A stretch of 64,000 nt of DNA, from positions 11,470,001 to 11,534,000 of the forward strand of contig CM120641.1 in the NCBI GenBank assembly GCA_051362555.1. The letters run 5' to 3'. Positions 51,845 to 63,911 of the stretch are shown here, one piece after another. The stretch's first letter is position 1; each line of letters opens with the position of its first letter. This DNA is from Lingula anatina. Taxonomy: Eukaryota > Animalia > Brachiopoda. The notes beneath the pieces were generated by a model. The model was not told where the DNA came from. It saw only the letters and a list, made by a program, of their open reading frames with translations, and made no database searches. The translations under genes and the position numbers were made by a program.

Positions 51845-53017
51845 ATGGTAAGTGCTTATAGACATTTTATTCTTCATATATCAATTATTAATTATTGAAT
51901 ATTTGGTCATCACCTGCAGATGATCTTGAAGTGCAAACACTGGCATATCCCAGAACCTGACAGACTATGGACTCGGCTTCAATCAATTATTTTAATAACT
52001 TTCTCAAGAGTTTAAAGATTTGAGTTTTAAAACACTAAAATCGTTGTTTTTGCTCAGAAACAGAGGCCTTGATGGTAATAACTATAATAATGACATGTGA
52101 ATTTTTTTCTTGTAGCCAAGACAAATTATGGAGATTAAGGACTTTCTCCTAACAGCTAGGAGGAAAGATGCTAAATGTAAGTACTCCAGAGACAATTTTT
52201 CTGCTTGGATGCTTGAAAATTGTCTTGTATGAATTTCTAGACATAAAAAATCCTATATAGTATTATATAACTTTATTGGGAATACCTTATTTGGTGAGGT
52301 AGACTGAACCAGAGCAGAGACATGGGCTAGGTTGGACTTGTTCAGTATACCTTTGTCTCCAGATCAGTTAACCAAAGAAAGGAAATGTAGCTGTGAGCAG
52401 TAAAGTGGGCTTTTGATCTCCAGGTGACTGGACCACAAAGGCTAAAGCTCATTTGTCTATAAAGCCAATGTTTTTTTATTTATTTATTTTTTAATCATAT
52501 TTATATTTTCCACAATTCTTAATATGATGAATAAATAATGATTGTATACATAATTTATTTGTGTGCCTCTATTGTATGAGTTCTCTCTGTTTCCAGCTGT
52601 AAAGATCAAGAAGAACCGTGATAACGTCAAGTTCAAGGTGAGATGTACCAAATATCTGTACACACTGGTCATCCAAGACAGAGAGAAGGCAGAGAAACTA
52701 AAGCAGTCCTTACCACCAGGTAAGACATTATAACCAGAGGGTGTAAAATCTTGAAACGGGATAAAAAAAATACTTTATGATGAAGCATGAGATTGTGAAT
52801 GCTTTTTGAAAAGATTATTGTAATAACATGGCAACACATATTCACTACTCCATTACTTTCCCTGGAAGTAGTTTGCACGTTCAGAGATTCAAGTTCCAGT
52901 CAATAATGTAATTTTTGTGGAATTTTTCATTTGCAGTTTTCTTTAACTGTTTCTTAGAAACATTTTAATCCCACTGTTTGTTTGCTTTCAGGTCTTGCAG
53001 TTAAGGAGCTAAAGTAA
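51845..53017 (+). CDS. RPL38: 60S ribosomal protein L38 (eL38), 70 aa
   Basis: Exons 51845-51847 (ATG), 52116-52176, 52597-52719 and 52992-53017 give [70 protein letters not shown]. Confidence 0.98.
51896..51979 (+). repeat. 84-bp element, copy in the RPL38 intron after the ATG exon
   Basis: Inverted partner of 50106-50189 (80/84 identical). Confidence 0.95.
52292..52465 (+). ncRNA. Candidate intronic H/ACA snoRNA in RPL38
   Basis: GC-richer island with hairpin GAGGTA.ACTGAAC / GTTCAGT.TACCTT, an H-box-like AGATCA (52361-52366), a second hairpin AGTGGGCTTT / AAAGCTCATT, then ATA instead of ACA. Folded by eye only. Confidence 0.3.
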
Positions 53018-54245
53018 ATTCCATTTGACCTTTCGTAAGAACTTTAACTAACTGACAATGTAACTGTGGATTGGACTTAATGAGGAGAGATTTGGCTGTC
53101 GATGCACCATTTTACATCCTTGGCAAATTATATGGGAAAGTGCAGAATTTGGTACATACTTGAAGAGAAACAACATCTTATTTACTACCATAAAAAAAAA
53201 AATAAACGTAAAATATTTGTATCATTTTGTTGTTGTTGTTATTATAAATTTATGTTAGTTGAACTATTTCTTTTTTTGTGTGTGCCCTCTTATGTTGTTC
53301 GAATACTGTAACATCACACACAATTGATTATTTCTGATGTTGTATATTGGACTTAAATACAGCTTAAATTGTTTCCTGTGATTCCTTTAATTATTTTGCT
53401 CTAATTTCCACTTTTTGATTTGAATATGCATACAAAATTTTGTGCATTTCACGTAAAGAAGATAGGTCTGCTTTCATTTCTACAAAATTCCCCGTTCTTA
53501 CTGATAATACCAGTATCTTTTAGGGGAACTGCAAACAATTTTCCAGTATCGATTACCCCATGGATGGTGATATTTGTTATTATTCAAATAATCTTTTCCT
53601 GAGATTGATACACTGCAATGATTGTAGAAAAAAGCTCGTTTCCTGTTCACGATCGGGTTTGGTCTGTGTCTTCAGACAAGCAAAATGTCTTAAATGAAGG
53701 ATGTTTTTGGGTATTGTTTTTGATGAATGAAAAACGTAAAATTGGCATTGGACATAGGAAAAAAAATTAAAAGGTAAACAGATCGATGAGGAAGAGTATT
53801 TTGCCAACAAGTGGCAACTTTAAGATTTTACACCGAAATCACTTCAAATACATACAAAAAAAATTTCTGAAGCAATTTTCATATAACAACGATGTAAAAC
53901 AGACGAGTTTTTTTAATTATTAAAATTTATTTACATTATTTTGAATTCTGATAAATCTTTCAAGTATTTATAATATAAAAATAGTGAAAGGTATTAAAAA
54001 ATTGAAAATCTTTTTCGCTATGTACAAGGATTTTCCTACGCTAATCGTACGCATGGCACCGTCAGTTCCAAGCCACTAATCTCTATGCTACAAGTGTTTC
54101 CTGATGCTTTTTAGCACAAATGTGGGAATCCACAATGAATTCTGTTAATGAACTATATATACACGAGTATCCATCACTGTAAGGTGCATCATGTGTGGTA
54201 AATACAATTTTCCAGTTTTCTAAGTTTTGATGTAATAAAAATGCA

Positions 54246-56528
54246 CTAGAAGATCCGTAGCATGAGAAGTGAAAATAGGCCAATAACTACGCTGAGAACG
54301 CCGGCTCTTGCAGTTCCTGCACCCATCTGAAAAAGATACAATAAAAATGTTAATTCATTTGATGCACAACTAGTTTCATAAAATTTTGATATTCATCTCC
54401 TTTTGACGCTATGGCTTTATTTGATTCTTACCGCCTAGTTTAACTTGAATTAAGTTGTAAACTAAAAGTGAAGAGCTCACCGTAGCCTCAAAGTTACACC
54501 TGTCTCCCTTGCAGCACTGGATGCAGTGCCAGTCCATTTGGTAGTCGTTCGGGCGGCACATCGGTGCAATCTGGCTCTGCATCTTCTTACAACTATCACT
54601 AGTGTCACATCCTTTGGTAATGTAGAATATACGGTCTGCACGTGGGGTCCAGTAGGGAGGGACTGAAACAGACAGAAGATCATACATGTATATCGATTGT
54701 TTCTTCATATAATACACTCTTTTCAATAAATGATTAAACCACTTGATGGACATGGTGTTGAAAAGACCTACATATGTGTCACTTGGAGCCAATCACTCTA
54801 AGGATTTACAAATTACAGTCTCAACATAGCAGTGGCGGATTTTAAGGGGGGTCTTCAAATAATCCTGCATCCGCCCCTGCATAGGGTATTCAGATAAGGA
54901 GAACATCGACCCTTTTGAATCTACACATACTTTATCTCTGAGGCATATTCAGTTGGAATTGAGCCTCCAAGCTTGCCACAGAATTTGCTATAATATATTA
55001 TTGATAGTCTATATATGGCCCCAATAAATCAGCAATAAATGAACTTATCTTATACTGGACCTCTTACCTTTCCATTCCACCTGAGTTATGCAGGCGTCTT
55101 GGTGTGGGTCACACAGTTTGTGTTCTTTCACGCACCGGTCATTGTTGTTGTCCTGGTCCCTGCACTCGTAACATTCTAATGCAAGGGCTGAAATATGTGG
55201 AGATATAAATAATTCTTTTACTTTAAGGTAATGACACGCACATTTTGACAAATCAAAGTACTATGGCTGGAAGAGTTCCTCTCTTATCTTGCATATTTCC
55301 AATTCAGAATAATGCCTGGAAATGACAAAAATCAATCACCGTATGTAGTTAACATTACATAACAGGCACCACTACAATTAAGCCTTAGATTCAAGAATGA
55401 GATCAAATGACATCGGTTTTATGGGGTACATGAAATGTTTTCGCCAAAAATTATACTTTGTTCTTTATTTGACTTACGTCAATTAGAAGCATTTTCTATA
55501 AAAATGAATCGGAGCAAAAAGTCTTTCACAAATAGAGATGTTCACATCTGTGCTTTTATCTCTTTGAGCGACACTTAGCAAGCTTGTTTATACCTGGTGA
55601 ATCAATACTGGAGAACTTTGCAGATAAGAGATAAGATCTTAACAAGCTGAGTTGGGATGTCACCTTGAATTCAAGAAAGGTATCTTCCCCAAAAACACTG
55701 ATATTACGTCATGCAAGAGATCGTGAAACAGGAATTTTGGAAGAAATGAGTGTATGAATAATGTGTTATCGACATCCTGTTAATTAAGCATTTCTACCTG
55801 GTGAGAAGAATATACTGATTATTTAGAGATACGCGCTGAAAATAACTCCTTTCATCAGCCTACAGTCCAAGTCAAACCACCTGGCTAAAAATGACCTCTG
55901 TGTAAGTTTTATCATCTTAAAATGTGACTTTATTGACTTATATAAAAGTATAATGATAATGATACTTCTTTATGGCAGATATGCCCTCTAATTTTTAAGA
56001 AGATAAATAAAGCTCCTTCCCAAATCGGATTATGTAGTAGTACGTGTAGTTCTATTCTTGTTTTCTCTAGATTAAAAAAATCAAACAGATGGAAAATCCC
56101 ATGTTTTTCTGGACATTTGAACATGTTCTTAAGTAAAAGGCCTTCCAGAATGGAAATTGCTTTCGTTTTTGGCGGGATTTTACAAGTGAAGTATATTTTC
56201 GGCGTTATTCTTCATTGACTTTCTCATAATTAAACGATTGCACCTAAGTTGCTTCTTCTTAATCTGAAGAGAAGTGGAAGTGCCCGAATTAAACGATAAG
56301 AATAAACAAATATCCCGCAATTTGCATGCATATACCGCCATCTTGAATGGACGGGTACACCAGGCTCAGGTGTGTTAATACAAGTGTACACAAAGTCGCG
56401 CCTTTAGCACTAGGTTTCATTTTTTTCAGAAACATTTTAACCAAGATTCGTAATTATACTCACTATTTATTATACTTACTTATAGAAAAACTGCAAAGAA
56501 CGCACAACAGCCCGTAAAGTTGTCGCAT
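54246..56528 (-). CDS. GPI-anchored Ly6/uPAR three-finger protein, coiled(cold)-like, paralogue A, 143 aa
   Basis: Exons 56480-56528, 55068-55187, 54481-54662, 54246-54326. Signal peptide MRQLYGLLCVLCSFSITLA, then LECYEC...10 Cys...CCKGDRCN, then a hydrophobic GPI-signal tail. Confidence 0.9.
54830..54879. mobile_element. 50-bp micro-MITE
   Basis: CAGTGGCGGAT ... ATCCGCCCCTG flanked by CATAG on both sides. Confidence 0.65.
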
Positions 56529-58070
56529 TGTTGACCGATGTGTCACCTCATAGGTGTTGTTTAAAAGAACGTTGGACCTCTGTAAGCGGAAGTTAAGTGG
56601 GTCGTCTTAAGTGTCACCTGCGGGAGGGGTGACAGGTAAAATATATTTATATAAGCAAAGCTGAAAGTAAAACTGGTCGTCAGCAATGACTGGCTAGACT
56701 ATATGTTTTGACAGACTGGGAAGTTTCAGATGTAGTGTAATTATCACTTTACAGTGTGTACTCAAATCAACTGAAAATTAATAGAGAATAATTATGTACC
56801 TGTGTTAAAAGAGGGTTTGGCGACAATCCACCAGGATACTAAAGCAAAAGGACCACAAAAACTCATTTTTAGTGTTACAAAAATTGTATCAAGAAAGAAA
56901 AAGTAAGCTACTATTTAGGGAATTATGCTCTTTAAAATTGAGGTTTATCGTGTTTTTGGCCCTTTATCCATGGCTGTCTTTTGTTAACTTTAATTACTAG
57001 TTAATGTATTTTATTTTTCAAATTTGGTCCGTCCTGTCGTAACTGCATTCTGTTGTCATGTACCTCCGTATATTGTTTTGGATGTCAATGTTTTCCAACG
57101 AAGATCCTGTAGCTGACACATTTCACTATGACACAGTTTGACTTTTGTAATCTTTTATACCTTACAAAGAAAGATTGAAATATCGACGTCAATTAGACTT
57201 ATGTTGCAAAATGATTTGTGGGAATGAAGGAATTTTGCTCAAAGTGATTTGAATGGATGGAAGTTAAAAGAAAAGTATTATGCACGCGATGAAAATCTGT
57301 TCAAAATAGTATATCCAGACGGCAATTTGCCTGGTATGTTTGATCTTAGCAATGTTTTTAACACTGGGGGAGGCGTACATCCCAGTATGCAATCACGTAT
57401 TGTTTGAAATATGTCAAAATGACTTTGCCAGTTGTCAAATTATCAAACTACATTCAGACACCAATCTATGTATGATAGATATGGTACGTGTATGAACCTT
57501 TTCATGACCATATCTATTAGATCGAAAACATAACAAAAATCAACAAAGTCCTCTTTAAAACATTTTATTTCTTTGTGTTGTATTCAAAGCAACTTGGTCT
57601 TATTGCATAATTAACGAATAAAATTCGACTTTGTTTATCATATGCAAGATGTAAAACTATTCTTTTGCAGAATGTTAATGAAAATCTATAAACTTGCATG
57701 TTTGTCATTTTATTTTAGATCATGTATAAAAATATGTATAAAACTAAACTATTCATCCTCATAGTCCTATTATAGTATAGATGCCCTCCGGTATTTACAA
57801 CTACTAACTTCCTTGAATTATTACAATCATTTCATGAGGCAACTTCTTTTTTAAAATGAACCAGTTAATGTTCAACACTTGTCTCTCCGGGTTAACTTGT
57901 TTTTTTGGTCCCCCGTCTGCCCACGCTGTTACTGCACTCGTTTTAAAAGATATTAATGTCTAAAAATATTCAAAAAGTACTGTTGAAATATTTGTACATT
58001 GACTGGAATTGCAATCCAGATACAGTATTTACACAAGTCATATTTACAAATTAGTTCATTTTAAATCCGT

Positions 58071-59646
58071 TCAGTGTCTCAGCCATAAACAAAACGATAC
58101 TGCTAGTCCCGCTATCACTGACACGAGGCTTGCCTGTACAGATCCCGCCGCCAGCTGAAAAGTACAACAAGGTTACAACATAAAAATATTCTCATAAAAG
58201 AACGAACATTCACATTGAATTACTTGATAACAATACAGTAAGTATAGAGTAGTCTGCTACAAAATAATTGATTTTTTTCAATTTTGTATACTATTTTAGG
58301 CCCCAGTGATATCAGAGGATAGTGTTTTTCCATTCGGTACTCTAAATCAAAATCGATGTTAAAAAAGTTTAGTGGGAAAGATTCAAATTCTTACCGTAAC
58401 GAAGAAGTTACATCTGTCTCCTTGGCAACACTCGACACACTCCCAGTCGTTATACCAGTCTCGTTTACAACTTCTTTCCAATGCAGTTCTTTGCTGTGCA
58501 CAGATCTCTCTGGTGTCGCAGGATTTGGAGATAAAGTGTTGTCGCTCTCCATGGGGGGTCCAGTACGGAGGGACTGAAAAAAGAGCGTGCCAATCTAGTT
58601 TCAAATTTTTGAGTAGCTTTACATTGAGGTATACCATTACGTTGTCTGTCGTTAGTTTTACGTAGAGTGTCTTTATTGTCTAATTTCATATTTCCTTTTG
58701 ATTGCAATACGATTGTAATTATTAAAGGATGTGGCGTTAATATAACATTGCCTATCTGTCTAACGTACATTGATAATTCTTTTTTAAGCTGTTGTTTTGA
58801 AAAAGCTATTACAGTAACTGATTGTTTGACAAGTATCATTTTCTGAACGTGAAATAGGCCTAGGTCTAAAATTAAGCAACCATCTAAAAATAATGAGGAC
58901 AATGCCAATAAAACGTATATCATAAATAACTCGTAATTTTTAGAAATATTTTACAAATACATTTTTTTCTTGCAAATCATCCAGAACTCATAACTGAACA
59001 TCAAAACATCTAATTGTGATTCAGACAGCGAAAATGTTATATCTTACCGTTCCACTGTATCCGGGATGAACAAGTGTCGTGTTCTGGCTCACACTGTTTC
59101 ACGGTTTTCACGCATTTATCCATGTTGGTGTCTTGTTTTTCACAGACATAGCACTCCAACGCACTGGCTACAAATAAGAATAAACGAGTTTTAGTTTTTT
59201 AGTTTTGTGTCTCATTAACTCCCTGCTTTATACCTATTTTCAGGGATCACGGAACAAACGAGTTTAAAAATACTCGAACTATAAATAAGTGGGGAAGCCA
59301 GATAAGTAACTTTATTTCTATATTTTTTATAATAAAATTCGCACAGCCCAGTGTCAGTGCTGACTTTGATCTTAATTATGTCTCTGACTCGTATGCTTTT
59401 AAAATGTAGCCAAATTAAGTCTGCCAGTAAAGCGCGCAAACTGTATACATTCCTTAGGTCGACAGCTGCCCGCCATTTTGAATTTTATTCAGGTGTGTAT
59501 TGAGGACACCTGAGTCACCGTTTAGACAAATATAACAAGATACTTATATTTATGGCCAATCTTTTGGCCTAAAAGAAAGGAACAGACAAATACTTACAAA
59601 CACCAAGACAGCTAAATACGCAGAGAAGCGCATAAGCCCGCCACAT
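58071..59646 (-). CDS. GPI-anchored Ly6/uPAR three-finger protein, coiled(cold)-like, paralogue B, 143 aa
   Basis: Exons 59598-59646, 59048-59167, 58395-58573, 58071-58154. MWRAYALLCVFSCLGVSSA-LECYVC...DKCVKTVKQC...IQWNVPPYW...HFISKSC...C..DWYNDWECVECCQGDRCNFFVT plus a GPI tail. Intron phases match paralogue A. Confidence 0.9.
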
Positions 59647-60585
59647 CTTTAAGCTTGTCGTTTATCACCTGGCTGTGACCCTCACCATCGGGCTATTCAA
59701 ACTTAATGTGTGAGGCAAGCGGAAATTAAGTGAGTCACAGTATTATGACAATAGGGGTGTCAGGTTGAGAAGCGATGTTTGTGGCTTACTGTTCGTACAC
59801 CTGGTTATTGAAAATGTTTCAAATGCTCTATGTAAACTTAGAAATCTTATACATCAAAATATTGAGACCCAAATTAAAAAAGTGATAAACGGCGATGGTC
59901 ACCAATTACCGGATATTAGCCATACCAGAATATGTGTATCATACGACAAGAAATATTAAAAACACCTACTGGCATCACTGTTTTCTAGACTCCCGACATT
60001 ACTTTAACCCATGTTACCTCAAAAAGATTTAAATATTCTTAGGGAATCTGTGCATTTTAAGTGTGCACATTTTCAGACGGAAATTCAATCACATTTTGTT
60101 CTGCTAGGCAGAAAAGAAAGTGACATACTCTAACAAAGAATCATATTTTTTTCATAAATGTTTTAGCAACAATGCTTGTTTGGCGTCATAATAATGTGAA
60201 ATGTTAACATAAAAATTATAGATGATTGACCTTTTGAAAACGTGATAAGTTTTGGATAACACTTTTTTCACCTCAACCAGCTCGTGCCCTGGTAACTTTA
60301 ATGAAATTATTTACTGTGTGTTTATAAAAACTAAACTTTTTTTTTTTATCAAAGTTACATTTATTTTTATCACAGTTGAAGAATGCTTTCTATCCATTGG
60401 ACTCTTATGAAGGTCAGTGGTACGTCAGTGTCAGAAAAATCTAATGAGAAAAATGCATAGTAGACCAGAGGCCAGTTTGGCTTTTTTTGCAGTTAGGAGT
60501 CCTTTTCTTTGCCTCTCCATTGGCCTTAGGTACTTTTCGAAATTCTTTCTTAGAAAAAAGAGACAAAAGCAATTCATTAGGAGTT

Positions 60586-61629
60586 TTATTTACGATACTG
60601 ATTTGTGTATTTCCTATATCGCATATCAGCGCGTTTGTTTTTCGTTGTAAATGGAATATTTCCATGAATAGCAGGCAGTGTTCTTCCTCCGTCTCTCATG
60701 ATATTATCAAGATCCTTGCTGTAGATTTCGTCCATCCATTGTTCGTAGCTTACCAGTCTCTGTTCAGCCATTTGAAAACGTTTTTCAAGAGTCTCTAATT
60801 TTTTCTGTAACTCTACCTGCTCCGATTTTCTGTTAGTTATCTCCATATCTTTCAAGGTAACTGTACATCGTAGTTTCCGATTTGCCTCTAATATTTTGCT
60901 TCGAGTTTGATGAAGATCTCGTAATTGTTCCTTTAAAACTTCAAGGTGTCGGTTTTCTTCGCGTAACAGGTTAATTTCTGAAATCAAATTGCTATTTACC
61001 TCACGAAGGTCGGCCAGTTCTGATTCCTTATAGAGAAGTTCGTCAATTTGGTTTTGTACAGTAGTTCTTTCCAGTGTATTATAGACGCCTGGTGAAAATG
61101 CCGGAGCATTGGCGCGGAGGCCGCCATCGTCGTTTCTTTCCGAGGGCAAGCAAGCAATTGCAGCAGCGCTTTCAGCATTAAATCCCATTTTCGTATTGAA
61201 ATTCTTTAAAATCAATTCAATGCACTGTAAGCGGTCAGACAACTCTTTCGTGCTCAAGGGTCGCTCCTTCGTATCATTTTGAAGGGTTTTTGCTTTCTTC
61301 AGCTCAGTATCAAACTGCTGTAAAAAGATTAATATTTCTTGCCGAGTTTCTGCAAGCAGTTTTTGACAATACTTTTCACTCTCTCTTGCCCGCAGAAGAT
61401 CGGTTTTTAAGACAGACATATCAGCAAGCAAAACAAACTGCGACATATTCTCTGTTTGTTTCTCTTCAGTGTTACGTTCCAAACACAGTAATCTGTCCAC
61501 AGCATTCAGTCGCGCAAGCTCTGCAACAAGAGCAGTGTTAGCATTTTTCAACAATCTATTTTCTTCGGTTATTTTCTCCATGCTTTGTAGAAATCCAGTA
61601 GCCTCCTCAAGCAAATGAGAATACGACAT
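60586..61629 (-). CDS. Intronless coiled-coil protein (347 aa as given; possibly extends to 60441 if frameshifted)
   Basis: A 1044-nt ATG-initiated ORF in AT-rich DNA with heptad-like L/E/K/R composition and a central LRANAPAFSP motif. No family recognised. Confidence 0.7.
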   Translation of the reverse strand: MSYSHLLEEATGFLQSMEKITEENRLLKNANTALVAELARLNAVDRLLCLERNTEEKQTENMSQFVLLADMSVLKTDLLRARESEKYCQKLLAETRQEILIFLQQFDTELKKAKTLQNDTKERPLSTKELSDRLQCIELILKNFNTKMGFNAESAAAIACLPSERNDDGGLRANAPAFSPGVYNTLERTTVQNQIDELLYKESELADLREVNSNLISEINLLREENRHLEVLKEQLRDLHQTRSKILEANRKLRCTVTLKDMEITNRKSEQVELQKKLETLEKRFQMAEQRLVSYEQWMDEIYSKDLDNIMRDGGRTLPAIHGNIPFTTKNKRADMRYRKYTNQYRK

Positions 61630-62827
61630 CTTGCTTCGCTAACGACACCTCAGTTAGCACGGCAACCTCTCAACCAACATGTAAGTGAGCTGCCATTGAA
61701 TTTTCCGTATATCTCCCCTGTCAATAGAAATGTACAATCTTATCAGAATTTCTTTTTGCGTAGCTTGTGAATAGGTCGGTTCTATTCAACGCGCGATTCC
61801 ATAACCCAGAACTGCAGATATAAATTGCTTTTCCAAGTCCAGTTTTACGTTCTCAACAATTTTTCTGGATTCGGGCGCGTATGGTGTGACGCCTGCAATG
61901 CAGTGCGCTAGTATATAATTTTCCGAGTGACCAGGGACATCCAGGCAAATTAACCCATTCTACAAGACTGAATTTCGTTTTCAGTCGAAAAGCAATATTT
62001 GTACATTTCCCGACACACCGTAAATTACCGTCAGCAAGAAAATTCTATCGCAAAATATTTCACTTTAGAACATGTACTTATGAGAAAAACGTTCCTCAAA
62101 GTTGATGTAATCGAAAGCGGTAAAAAATAGTCAAATAATTTTAGGTAGGCATTATAGGCACAACAGGAAGCAAGTCGGACACTTATCCTTGAAACCGATC
62201 CATGCATTCACTTTCCATAACCTAACAGCGGCTCTATAATATTGCTCCGCACTACCTGGTCTGGATATTATATTCTGACAAACATCGGAATAGCATCGCT
62301 TACGTCCAGTTGCTCGACGGCAACAGTTATGCATATGAAACTCAAAATTGACCAAGATTCACAAAGACAACTGTATAAATTTTATCTATTATTTTGCTGT
62401 AATTTCCATTCTTTGGATGCTTTGATATCACTACATTCAATATGTAATAGAAAGTACGTATGATATCAAAATTATGAAACTTTCTGAATAAATTCAGATA
62501 CATCCTAAAATACAATATTTTTATTTTGTACATACGTTTATCAAACACGTAAACATTTGGAGGATGAAAGGCAATAGATAGTCCACAGATTAAACAGGGA
62601 GTCCTCCAAAGCAGGAGTCCATATTATTACAAGCCTTTTCTCTGTATTCAAACTGTGTCAGCTCAAGGATCAGAGTGAAGAACAACGTATAACTAACGTA
62701 AGTCAGTGGATTTGTTATAGCTGTAGTATAGTATGTTATTTCCACTATGAAGTTAATCTTTGTGCTTCTGTCCGGAGCATTCTGATCAGAAGATTTAATA
62801 TAGTTGTAGTGTAGTGTGGGGTCTCCG

Positions 62828-63911
62828 CTACGTAGTCAGTCTTTGCGCCTCTGTTCTTATCACACTAATCAGATCATGGTTCACCAAGAAAATAAAACGT
62901 AAACATGATATCTGAAAAAGAAAAGAGATGATTTTGTCAGACTTTCATTAAAAAATACATACATATTGACATCATGTTACTGTTCATGTAGCATATAAAA
63001 TGTCCCATTTAGTGACAGCAAAATATCAAATTCCAATTGAAATTTCATTATTTTAAAGGTTATTACACAATGATTTTTACACACGAAATCTCAGTAAGTT
63101 ACTTACTTCAACCACTGAATTATTGTTTAGTTTCTGTTTATTTCCTGTTAGGACTGGCTTGCCATCAATATAAATTGGTCTTTTGCCCTCATTGGCTATG
63201 TAAAAGTCTCCATTGTTTCTCAATTTAATAATGCCCTGCCGCCTTGAAATCTTCCACGCTGGCCCTTCAAGTGAAAGATCTACATCTATCTGATTATCTT
63301 TTGTAGCTCGACCGAGTGTAATCTGTAATTGGTAGTATGAAATTATTAGTTTTCATGCATTTCCTACTAATGACCTATGGCATATAACTCAGTGCTGATG
63401 ATTCTATTTCTGCTCATGCATGAATTTTATAAATGCTGTAATCTTGTATTTTCCACAAAAATTAACCATATTATAAAGCTTCAACTTTCACTACGTGTTT
63501 ATTATATTCCTACTGGTAGCATACAAGTCTCACCTCCCTGGATCTCATGAGGTACCTGACCAGTCTTCCCCTGAGAACAGCCAGGGTTTGGTTATCAAAA
63601 TCTGGAAGACTCACACCTGTAATGAAATGCCACCACAAGCTTTGTATTTTTTTCCCTGAATCATTATCTTTGAAAAATTACACCTGAGTGCATAATAAAT
63701 TTATACCCAGCTTATAACCTACTTGTTTTATTAAACCATACATTGATTTCAGATTAGACCTGTACTTTGGTTTCAACTTACAAGAAGATTCAAAAGCAAA
63801 CAGAAAAGTTTTACTTACCAGTCACACTGTCGACTAAAACTTGCCACTTTGGCAATTCTTGCTCTAAATGTCGTATTTCTTTCTTATTTCTTCTATCTGA
63901 AACTGCCAATT
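62828..63911 (-). CDS. MCRS1: Microspherule protein 1, last four exons (FHA domain); 5' part lies beyond the right edge
   Basis: Exons 63819-63911, 63534-63616, 63107-63322, 62828-62911 read ELAVSDRRNKKEIRHLEQELPKWQVLVDSVTG-VSLPDFDNQTLAVLRGRLVRYLMRSRE-ITLGRATKDNQIDVDLSLEGPAWKISRRQGIIKLRNNGDFYIANEGKRPIYIDGKPV...NNNSVVE-ISCLRFIFLVNHDLISVIRTEAQRLTT*. The supplied ORF track misses this gene. Confidence 0.96.

Noticed and set aside
51913-51945. Hammerhead-ribozyme-like look of CCTGCAGATG...GTGCAAAC in the 84-bp element
   Set aside because: The core deviates from CUGANGA and GAAA in both copies, and I could not build stems II and III. At most it is a degenerate relic.
52777-52783. C-box ATGATGA in the last RPL38 intron
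   Set aside because: No D box (CTGA) follows within the intron.
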